Source: Dimorphilus gyrociliatus (Eukaryota; Animalia; Annelida). From it: a stretch of 64,000 nt of DNA. The stretch covers positions 100,315 through 164,314 of the forward strand of contig CAJFCJ010000038.1 in the NCBI GenBank assembly GCA_904063045.1, read 5' to 3'. A model generated the notes under the pieces. It saw only the letters and a list, made by a program, of their open reading frames with translations. It did not search any database and had not been told where the DNA came from. The position numbers and the translations under genes were made by a program. Shown here piece after piece: positions 50,401 to 58,524 of this stretch. Within the stretch, counting starts at the first letter, position 1. Each line of letters opens with the position of its first letter.

Positions 50401-53400
50401 TAAAAGAAATAAATTTGTCTTATTGTAATCTTTCCAAAACAGAAGGAGAAGTTCTTGGAAAAGCACTTGAGAAATGTCACAGTCTAACAACTCTAGATTT
50501 GTCAGGAAATAAAAAAATTGGAAAGGCATTTTATGAAATCTTCAAACAACTGCAATTTTGTAAGAAACTGAAAGACATTAATATATCAGCCTGTCAAATT
50601 GCTATAGACACTGCTTTTTATTTTAGAACAGCAATTGAGGGTCATACTTCAATAGAAACTATAAATGTGTCATCAAACCATAATATTGACATGATTTTCC
50701 AAACACTAATGTCATCTTCTTCAGCATTAAAGAAAATCAATATAGCAAACTGCAACTTAAACAACCTGGAAGCAGTTCTTTTCAATACTTTACTAAAACA
50801 TTGCAGAGCAATCAGAGAGATAAATTTAAATGGTAATAAAACATTTATTAAATATATAGAAGCATTAATTCCATCAGCAAAATCTCTAAAAAATATAAAT
50901 CTGGCAAATTGCAATTTGCAAAATGAACAACTTCAGTTTCTCACAAAAACACTAAGACAATGCTCCTCATTAGAAACTATAAATTTATCCCAAAATTTCA
51001 AGATTTGTACAGAATTTACAAAGATCTATGAAGCACTTACTTCATTATCACCATCTTTAAAAAATATCAATCTGGCTAATTGTAATTTAGGAAATCAACA
51101 AGCCCACTTTCTCACAAAAACACTAAAACAGTATCCTTCATTAGAGAGCATAGATCTCTCTAGGAATTTCACAATTTCTACAGGATTATTAATGATTTTT
51201 GAAACATTTACTTCAGCGTCATCTTTTATAAAAAATATCAATCTCGCCAAATGCAATTTGGGAAATGTTCAAGTTCATTTTCTCATAAAAACACTAAGAC
51301 AATGTACTTCCTTAGAGAGCATAGATTTATCAAGAAATTCTGGCATCAATCAAGAATGTAAAACAATTTTTGAAGCACTTACATTATCATCACTTTCATT
51401 AAAAAATATCAATCTAGCAGAGTGTAATTTGGGAAGCAGACAAGTTCAATTACTCACAAAAACACTAAGAGAATGTCCTTCATTAGAGAGCTTAGATTTA
51501 TCTGGGAATTTTGGGATTTGTAAAGAATGTGAAAATATATTTGAAGCACTTTCATCATCATCATCTTCTTTGAAAAATATCAATCTGGCCAATTGTAATT
51601 TGGGAAATGAACAACTTCAGTTTCTTATAAAAACATTAACACAATATCCTTCATTAGAGAGCATAGACTTATCTGAGAATTATGGCATTTACAAAGAATG
51701 TAGCAATATTTTTCAAGCACTTACCTTATCATCACCTTCTTTAATAAATATCAATCTCGCTAATTGTAATTTGGGAAATGAACAAGTTCTGTTTCCCATA
51801 AAAAGATTAAGACAGTGTCCTTCCTTAGAGAGCATAGATCAATCTGGGAATTCTGATATTTATACTGAATGTGAAGATATTATTGAAACAGTTACATTGT
51901 CATCACATTCACTAAAAAATATTAATCTGGCCAATTGTAATTTGAAAAATGAACAAGTTCAGTTTCTGGCAATAGCATTAAGTAAATGTTCTTTATTAGA
52001 GAGGATAAATTTGTCAGGAAATTATGGCATTTACAAGGTATGTGATAAAATATTTCAAGCACTTACCTTATCATCACCTTCTTTAATAAATATCAATCTC
52101 GCTAATTGTAATTTGAGAAATGAACAAGTTCACTTTCTCATAAAAACACTAAGACAGTGTCCTTCTTTAGAGAGCATAGATTTATCTGGCAATTGTGGCA
52201 TTAATGAAGAATGTGAAAATATATTTGAAGCACTTACCTTATCATCACATTCTTTAAAAAATATCCATCTGGCTAATTGTAACTTAGGAAATGAACAAGT
52301 TCAGTTTCTCACAAAAATGCTAGGACAGTGTCCTTCAATTGAGACATTAGATTTGTCTGGGAACAGAGATATTTGTATAGAATATGACAATATTTTTGAA
52401 GCAATTACATCCTCAGCACTTTCTTTAAAAAATATCAGTCTGGCTAATTGTAATTTGGAAACTAGGCAAGCTCAGTTTCTTGCAAGAACACTAAGACAGT
52501 GTCACTTGTTAGAAAGAATAGATTTATCTGGGAATTCTGGGATTTGTAATGAATGGGAAAATGTTTTTGAAGCACTTACCACATCATACCTTTCTTTAAA
52601 AGGTATAAGTTTGGCACAGTGTAATTTAGGAGACAGCCAAGCTCTGCTTCTTATAAGAAAACTAAGACTATGTTTATCATTAGAGATCATAGATTTATCT
52701 GGGAATTTTTGGATTTGCACAAAATTTGGAAACATTTTTGAAGCACTTACATCATCATCACTTTCTTTAAAAAAAATTAATCTGGCTAATTGTAATTTGG
52801 AAAATAAACATGCTCTGGTTCTCATCAACACAATAAATCGGTATGCTTCATTAGAGAGCATAGATTTATCTAGGAATATTTGTATTTCTAAAGAGTATAT
52901 ACAGATTTTCAAAACACTTAGATCAGCATCAACTCCTTTAGAAAATATCAATCTCTCTAATTGTAATTTGAGAAATGAACAAGTTCACTTTCTCATAAAA
53001 ACACTAAGACAGTGTCCTTCTTTAGAGAGCATAGATTTATCTGGCAATTGTGCCATTAATGAAGAATATGAAAATATATTTCAAGCACTTACCTTATCAT
53101 CACATTCTTTAAAAAATATCCATCTGGCTAATTGTAACTTAGGAAATGAACAAGTTCAGTTTCTCACAAAAACATTAAGACAGTGTCATTCATTAGAGAG
53201 CATAGACCTATCTGGCAATTGTGGCATTGATGAAGAGTATGAAAATATATTTGAAGCACTTACCTTATCATCTCATTCTTTAAAAAATATCCATCTGGCT
53301 AATTGTAACTTACGAAATGTACAAGTTCAGTTGCTCACAAAAACATTAAGACAGTGTCATTCATTAGAGAGCATAAATTTATCTGGCAATTTTGGCATTG

Positions 53401-56400
53401 ATAAAGAGTATAAAAATATATTTGAAGCACTTACCTTATCATCTCATTCTTTAAAAAATATCCATCTGGCTAATTGTAACTTAGGAAATGAACAAGCTCA
53501 GCTTCTCACAAAAACATTAAGACGGTGTCGTTCTTTAAAGAGCATAGACTTATCTGGCAATTGTGACATTAATGAAGAATGTGAAAATATATTTGAAGCA
53601 CTTACCTTATCATCTCATTCTTTAAAAAATATCCATCTGGCTAATTGTAACTTACGAAATGTACAAGTTCAGTTGCTCACAAAAACATTAAGACAGTGTC
53701 ATTCATTAGAGAGCATAAATTTATCTGGCAATTGTGGCATTGATAAAGAGTATAAAAATATATTTAAAGCACTTACCTTATCATCTCATTCTTTAAAAAA
53801 TATCCATCTGGCTAATTGTAACTTACGAAATGTACAAGTTCAGTTTCTCACAAAAACATTAAGACAGTGTCATTCATTAGAGAGCATAGACCTATCTGGC
53901 AATTGTGGCATTGATGAAGAGTATGAAAATATATTTGAAGCACTTACCTTATCATCTCCTTCTTTAAAAAATATCCATCTGGCTAATTGTAACTTACGAA
54001 ATGTACAAGTTCAGTTGCTCACAAAAACATTAAGACAGTGTCATTCATTAGAGAGCATAAATTTATCTGGCAATTTTGGCATTGATAAAGAGTATAAAAA
54101 TATATTTGAAGCACTTACCTTATCATCTCATTCTTTAAAAAATATCCATCTGGCTAATTGTAACTTAGGAAATGAACAAGCTCAGCTTCTCACAAAAACA
54201 TTAAGACGGTGTCGTTCTTTAAAGAGCATAGACTTATCTGGCAATTGTGACATTAATGAAGAATGTGAAAATATATTTGAAGCACTTACCTTATCATCTC
54301 ATTCTTTAAAAAATATCCATCTGGCTAATTGTAACTTACGAAATGTACAAGTTCAGTTTCTCACAAAAACATTAAGACAGTGTCATTCATTAGAGAGCAT
54401 AGACCTATCTGGCAATTGTGGCATTGATGAAGAGTATGAAAATATATTTAAAGCACTTACCTTATCATCTCATTCTTTAAAAAATATCCATCTGGCTAAT
54501 TGTAACTTACGAAATGTACAAGTTCAGTTTCTCACAAAAACATTAAGACAGTGTCATTCATTAGAGAGCATAGACTTATCTGAGAATTATGGCATTTACA
54601 AAGAATGTAGCAATATTTTTCAAGCACTTACCTTATCATCACCTTCTTTAAAAAATATCCATCTGGCTAATTGTAACTTACGAAATGTACAAGTTCAGTT
54701 TCTCACAAAAACATTAAGACAGTGTCATTCATTAGAGAGCATAGACCTATCTGGCAATTGTGGCATTGATGAAGAGTATGAAAATATATTTCAAGCACTT
54801 ACCTTATCATCTCATTCTTTAAAAAATATCCATCTGGCTAATTGTAACTTACGAAATGTACAAGTTCAGTTTCTCACAAAAACATTAAGACAGTGTCGTT
54901 CTTTAAAGAGCATAGACTTATCTGGCAATTGTGACATTAATGAAGAATGTGAAAATATATTTGAAGCACTTACCTTATCATCTCATTCTTTAAAAAATAT
55001 CCATCTGGCTAATTGTAACTTACGAAATGTACAAGTTCAGTTGCTCACAAAAACATTAAGACAGTGTCATTCATTAGAGAGCATAAATTTATCTGGCAAT
55101 TGTGGCATTGATAAAGAGTATAAAAATATATTTAAAGCACTTACCTTATCATCTCATTCTTTAAAAAATATCCATCTGGCTAATTGTAACTTACGAAATG
55201 TACAAGTTCAGTTTCTCACAAAAACATTAAGACAGTGTCATTCATTAGAGAGCATAGACCTATCTGGCAATTGTGGCATTGATGAAGAGTATGAAAATAT
55301 ATTTGAAGCACTTACCTTATCATCTCCTTCTTTAAAAAATATCCATCTGGCTAATTGTAACTTACGAAATGTACAAGTTCAGTTGCTCACAAAAACATTA
55401 AGACAGTGTCATTCATTAGAGAGCATAAATTTATCTGGCAATTTTGGCATTGATAAAGAGTATAAAAATATATTTGAAGCACTTACCTTATCATCTCATT
55501 CTTTAAAAAATATCCATCTGGCTAATTGTAACTTAGGAAATGAACAAGCTCAGCTTCTCACAAAAACATTAAGACGGTGTCGTTCTTTAAAGAGCATAGA
55601 CTTATCTGGCAATTGTGACATTAATGAAGAATGTGAAAATATATTTGAAGCACTTACCTTATCATCTCATTCTTTAAAAAATATCCATCTGGCTAATTGT
55701 AACTTACGAAATGTACAAGTTCAGTTTCTCACAAAAACATTAAGACAGTGTCATTCATTAGAGAGCATAGACCTATCTGGCAATTGTGGCATTGATGAAG
55801 AGTATGAAAATATATTTAAAGCACTTACCTTATCATCTCATTCTTTAAAAAATATCCATCTGGCTAATTGTAACTTACGAAATGTACAAGTTCAGTTTCT
55901 CACAAAAACATTAAGACAGTGTCATTCATTAGAGAGCATAGACTTATCTGAGAATTATGGCATTTACAAAGAATGTAGCAATATTTTTCAAGCACTTACC
56001 TTATCATCACCTTCTTTAAAAAATATCCATCTGGCTAATTGTAACTTACGAAATGTACAAGTTCAGTTTCTCACAAAAACATTAAGACAGTGTCATTCAT
56101 TAGAGAGCATAGACCTATCTGGCAATTGTGGCATTGATGAAGAGTATGAAAATATATTTCAAGCACTTACCTTATCATCTCATTCTTTAAAAAATATCCA
56201 TCTGGCTAATTGTAACTTACGAAATGTACAAGTTCAGTTTCTCACAAAAACATTAAGACAGTGTCATTCATTAGAGAGCATAGACTTATCTGAGAATTAT
56301 GGCATTTACAAAGAATGTAGCAATATTTTTCAAGCACTTACCTTATCATCACCTTCTTTAATAAATATCAATCTCGCTAATTGTAATTTGAGAAATGAAC

Positions 56401-57128
56401 AAGTTCACTTTCTCATAAAAACACTAGGACAGTGTCCTTCTTTAGAGAGCATAGATTTATCTGGCAATTGTGCCATTAATGAAGAATATGAAAATATATT
56501 TCAAGCACTTACCTTATCATCACATTCTTTAAAAAATATCCATTTGGCTAATTGTAACTTAGGAAATGGACAAGCTCAGCTTCTCACAAAAACATTAAGA
56601 CGGTGTCGTTCTTTAAAGAGCATAGACTTATCTGGCAATTGTGCCATTAATGAAGAATATGAAAATATATTTCAAGCACTTACCTTATCATCACATTCTT
56701 TAAAAAATATCCATCTGGCTAATTGTAACTTAGGAAATGAACAAGCTCAGCTTCTCACAAAAACATTAAGACAGTGTCATTCATTAGAGAGCATAAATTT
56801 ATCTGGCAATTGTGGCATTGATAAAGAGTATAAAAATATATTTGAAGCACTTACCTTATCATCTCATTCTTTAAAAAATATCCATCTGGCTAATTGTAAC
56901 TTAGGAAATGAACAAGCTCAGCTTCTCACAAAAACATTAAGACAGTGTCGTTCTTTAAAGAGCATAGACTTATCTGGCAATTGTGACATTAATGAAGAAT
57001 GTGAAAATATATTTGAAGAACTTACCTTATCATCTCATTCTTTAAAAAATATCCATTTGGCTAATTGTAACTCAAAAAAGAGTATGAAAATATATTTGAA
57101 GCACTTACCTTATCATCTCATTCTTTAA
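47415..57128 (+). CDS. Giant single-exon NLR: putative death-fold/CARD-like N-terminus, NACHT, and about 90 RI-type LRRs; C-terminus frameshifted at ~57071
   Basis: Walker A GKPGGGKS (47958-47981), Walker B LLLDGADE, CKIPILAMIL, winged-helix FYHLSFQEFFSA. Alternating 28/29-aa LRRs follow. 9.7 kb of open frame. Confidence 0.9.
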   Translation: MNSREKLSFNYYRKDIETLFMKECELLEMCASQYDLNSWASGETFIVELANPKKKTKAVQELLNYLSEISIDETLKILETINDNGNKQAEQLKEKLKDQTYVWHKLVAATKEQRRDDCGLIFLLPFIGTKQARIEYINTPIKMLQITSENIIERKLVDTEVTYENFFKIFYEKSYNKILIEGKPGGGKSVHMKNLLFKWSKIEDKDKLFIFLILKNVQMEKSLYEEIVEQNFKNIPFINANIVELFFTEKRNDVILLLDGADEFHLKNHKINSILNARKTNIPTAIWSRNWKAQMFESTCDIAFELMGWDTIQMENFFSKCFISKEKSANFIEKVINNNSNIKRLCKIPILAMILFHLWNEKKDISKKSLYEIYEDLVKIILEKNRKILKESDQNRLCELSFMNLAKNKIILPKDSNEQEVFKEGLQCLIQVIPTESDKIELHFYHLSFQEFFSAQFLIKQFRQSNRNTFLSSMDNLFKETNNSTIYNVIDFIKEYCEDIFNDIILYSELVRKMYNCSDNIKKILCQDWDDSDTMNLENDDIHDYILETLIKKIGKFIKIVKIVNTNINTKLLFEMLFSNADGLKKLIIHHTVFSDYSSNNIFLSKYLWNLEQLEIRDCYLNEQTLEYVEKVIGYCPSLKIFILSDNKMLGDGFNAVCERLASQKITHIDVSNCHLNNQEIITLGKTIAQCSGLENIDLSYNKQIGEIFEVISDGLKTPLKHLKQIKLVECGLTEKQAVSLHKIIQGCSCLEIIDLSGNQNAELGRNFGRDSFKSLIKVYLKYCCVREKEAILLESCSFLQCLDLSENKLMGNGFKNICNGISSSCGFIKEINLKSCNLTEKQGEWLGDALKNCSLLESVSLSYNRLGEKALETICDGLMSSSSKLSEINLTSCFLSKKSANSLSKIIQGCTALESIDLSENEELGREFVKIFQNCSEKLKTLKLSNCKVNQVDAHSLQKLTQICSSLEIVDLSHNKEMGNGFQSICWQWSKGNSLKEINLSYCNLSKTEGEVLGKALEKCHSLTTLDLSGNKKIGKAFYEIFKQLQFCKKLKDINISACQIAIDTAFYFRTAIEGHTSIETINVSSNHNIDMIFQTLMSSSSALKKINIANCNLNNLEAVLFNTLLKHCRAIREINLNGNKTFIKYIEALIPSAKSLKNINLANCNLQNEQLQFLTKTLRQCSSLETINLSQNFKICTEFTKIYEALTSLSPSLKNINLANCNLGNQQAHFLTKTLKQYPSLESIDLSRNFTISTGLLMIFETFTSASSFIKNINLAKCNLGNVQVHFLIKTLRQCTSLESIDLSRNSGINQECKTIFEALTLSSLSLKNINLAECNLGSRQVQLLTKTLRECPSLESLDLSGNFGICKECENIFEALSSSSSSLKNINLANCNLGNEQLQFLIKTLTQYPSLESIDLSENYGIYKECSNIFQALTLSSPSLININLANCNLGNEQVLFPIKRLRQCPSLESIDQSGNSDIYTECEDIIETVTLSSHSLKNINLANCNLKNEQVQFLAIALSKCSLLERINLSGNYGIYKVCDKIFQALTLSSPSLININLANCNLRNEQVHFLIKTLRQCPSLESIDLSGNCGINEECENIFEALTLSSHSLKNIHLANCNLGNEQVQFLTKMLGQCPSIETLDLSGNRDICIEYDNIFEAITSSALSLKNISLANCNLETRQAQFLARTLRQCHLLERIDLSGNSGICNEWENVFEALTTSYLSLKGISLAQCNLGDSQALLLIRKLRLCLSLEIIDLSGNFWICTKFGNIFEALTSSSLSLKKINLANCNLENKHALVLINTINRYASLESIDLSRNICISKEYIQIFKTLRSASTPLENINLSNCNLRNEQVHFLIKTLRQCPSLESIDLSGNCAINEEYENIFQALTLSSHSLKNIHLANCNLGNEQVQFLTKTLRQCHSLESIDLSGNCGIDEEYENIFEALTLSSHSLKNIHLANCNLRNVQVQLLTKTLRQCHSLESINLSGNFGIDKEYKNIFEALTLSSHSLKNIHLANCNLGNEQAQLLTKTLRRCRSLKSIDLSGNCDINEECENIFEALTLSSHSLKNIHLANCNLRNVQVQLLTKTLRQCHSLESINLSGNCGIDKEYKNIFKALTLSSHSLKNIHLANCNLRNVQVQFLTKTLRQCHSLESIDLSGNCGIDEEYENIFEALTLSSPSLKNIHLANCNLRNVQVQLLTKTLRQCHSLESINLSGNFGIDKEYKNIFEALTLSSHSLKNIHLANCNLGNEQAQLLTKTLRRCRSLKSIDLSGNCDINEECENIFEALTLSSHSLKNIHLANCNLRNVQVQFLTKTLRQCHSLESIDLSGNCGIDEEYENIFKALTLSSHSLKNIHLANCNLRNVQVQFLTKTLRQCHSLESIDLSENYGIYKECSNIFQALTLSSPSLKNIHLANCNLRNVQVQFLTKTLRQCHSLESIDLSGNCGIDEEYENIFQALTLSSHSLKNIHLANCNLRNVQVQFLTKTLRQCRSLKSIDLSGNCDINEECENIFEALTLSSHSLKNIHLANCNLRNVQVQLLTKTLRQCHSLESINLSGNCGIDKEYKNIFKALTLSSHSLKNIHLANCNLRNVQVQFLTKTLRQCHSLESIDLSGNCGIDEEYENIFEALTLSSPSLKNIHLANCNLRNVQVQLLTKTLRQCHSLESINLSGNFGIDKEYKNIFEALTLSSHSLKNIHLANCNLGNEQAQLLTKTLRRCRSLKSIDLSGNCDINEECENIFEALTLSSHSLKNIHLANCNLRNVQVQFLTKTLRQCHSLESIDLSGNCGIDEEYENIFKALTLSSHSLKNIHLANCNLRNVQVQFLTKTLRQCHSLESIDLSENYGIYKECSNIFQALTLSSPSLKNIHLANCNLRNVQVQFLTKTLRQCHSLESIDLSGNCGIDEEYENIFQALTLSSHSLKNIHLANCNLRNVQVQFLTKTLRQCHSLESIDLSENYGIYKECSNIFQALTLSSPSLININLANCNLRNEQVHFLIKTLGQCPSLESIDLSGNCAINEEYENIFQALTLSSHSLKNIHLANCNLGNGQAQLLTKTLRRCRSLKSIDLSGNCAINEEYENIFQALTLSSHSLKNIHLANCNLGNEQAQLLTKTLRQCHSLESINLSGNCGIDKEYKNIFEALTLSSHSLKNIHLANCNLGNEQAQLLTKTLRQCRSLKSIDLSGNCDINEECENIFEELTLSSHSLKNIHLANCNSKKSMKIYLKHLPYHLIL

Positions 57129-58524
57129 AAAATATCCATTTGGCTAATTGTAACTCAGGAAATGCACAATCTCAGCTTCTCATAAAAACATTAAGACTCT
57201 GTCGTTCTTTAAAGAGCATAGACTTATCTGCAATTCTGGCATACATAAAGATGTGAAAATATATCTGAAGCACTTACATCATCATCACTTTATTTCAAGA
57301 AGTTCCATCCCGCATATCAAAACTTTCAAAATGAACAAGTTAAATATCTCATAAAAACACTTAAACAGTGTGCTTGTTTAGATAGCATACATTTGTCTAG
57401 AAATTATGGCATCAATGAAGAATGTGAAAACATATTTGAAGCACTTACATCATCTTCACTTTCTTTAAAAAATATCCATCTGGTGAATTGTAACTTACGA
57501 AATGAACAAGTTCACTATCTCACAAAAACATTAAGACAGTGTCATTCATTGGAGAGCATAAATTTATCTGGCAATTATGGCATTTATGAAGAATATGAAA
57601 ATATTTTTGAAGCCCTTTGCTTATCATCACATTCTTTAAAAAATATCCATCTGGCTAATTATAACTTAGGAAATGGACAAGCTCAGCTTCTCACAAAAAC
57701 ATTAAGACAGTGTCCTTCTTTAAAGACCATAGACTTATCTGGCCATTGTGGCATTAATGAAGAATGTGTAAACATATTTGGAGCACTTACATCATCTTCA
57801 CTTTCTTTAAATAATATCCATCTTGCATATTGTAACTTAGGAAATGAACAAGTTCAGTATCTCACAAAAACACTAAGACAGTGTCCTTCTTTAAAGAGCA
57901 TAAATTTATCTGGCAATTATGGCATTAATGAAGAATGTGAAAATATATTTGAAGCACTTACATCATCTTCACTTTCTTTAAATAATATCCATCTGGCTAA
58001 TTGTACCTTAGGAAATGAACAAGTTCAGTTCCTCACAAAAACACTAAGGCAGTTCCCTTCTTTAAAGAGCATAGATTTATCTGGCAATTTTGGTATTAAT
58101 GAAGAATGTGTAAACATATTTGATGCACTTACATCATTGTCACTTTCTTTAAAGAGTATCCATCTGGCGTATTGTAAATTAGGAAATGATCAAGTTCAGT
58201 TTCCCACAATAACACTAAGGCATTTTCCTTCTTTAAAGAGGATAGATTTATCTGGCAATTGCGGCATTGATGAAGAATATAAAAATATATTTGAAGCACT
58301 TATGGTATCATCACATTCTTTAAAAAATATCCATCTGGCTAATTGTACCTTAGGAAATGAACAAGTTCAGTTCCTCACAAAAACACTAAGGCAGTTCCCT
58401 TCTTTAAAGAGCATAGATTTATATGGCAATTGTATCATTAATGAAGAATGTGAAAATATATTTGATGCACTTACCTTATCATCACATTCTTTAAAATATA
58501 TCGTTATGCCTTATTGTAACTTAC
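50720..58524 (+). repeat. Coding tandem array of 171-bp units (57 aa = one 28-aa plus one 29-aa LRR), near-identical from ~52930 to 57070
   Basis: CTCACAAAAACATTAAGA recurs at 53163 and 53334 (171 bp apart). Diagnostic variants recur at exact multiples of 171 (TGAGAATTAT at 51674, 54581, 55949, 56291). Confidence 0.95.
57072..58524 (+). pseudogene. Out-of-frame downstream LRR cassettes (about 2 damaged units, then about 6.6 open units in ORF 57393..58529)
   Basis: A deletion joins AATTGTAACT to CAAAAAAGAGTATGAAAAT at ~57071; further indels lie at ~57230-57260. The LRR pattern resumes and ends abruptly at TGTAACTTAC (58524). Confidence 0.85.

Noticed and set aside
52930-57070. 171-bp monomer with higher-order repeats resembles primate alpha-satellite, or a CRISPR-like repeat array
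   Set aside because: The period is 57 codons in an open frame encoding 28+29-aa LRRs. There is no repeat-spacer alternation, no cas genes and no alphoid similarity; the length match is coincidental.
57060-57130. Programmed frameshift extending the NLR into ORF 57393..58529
   Set aside because: The break is a deletion of part of a repeat unit followed by additional indels; there is no slippery heptamer or pseudoknot context.
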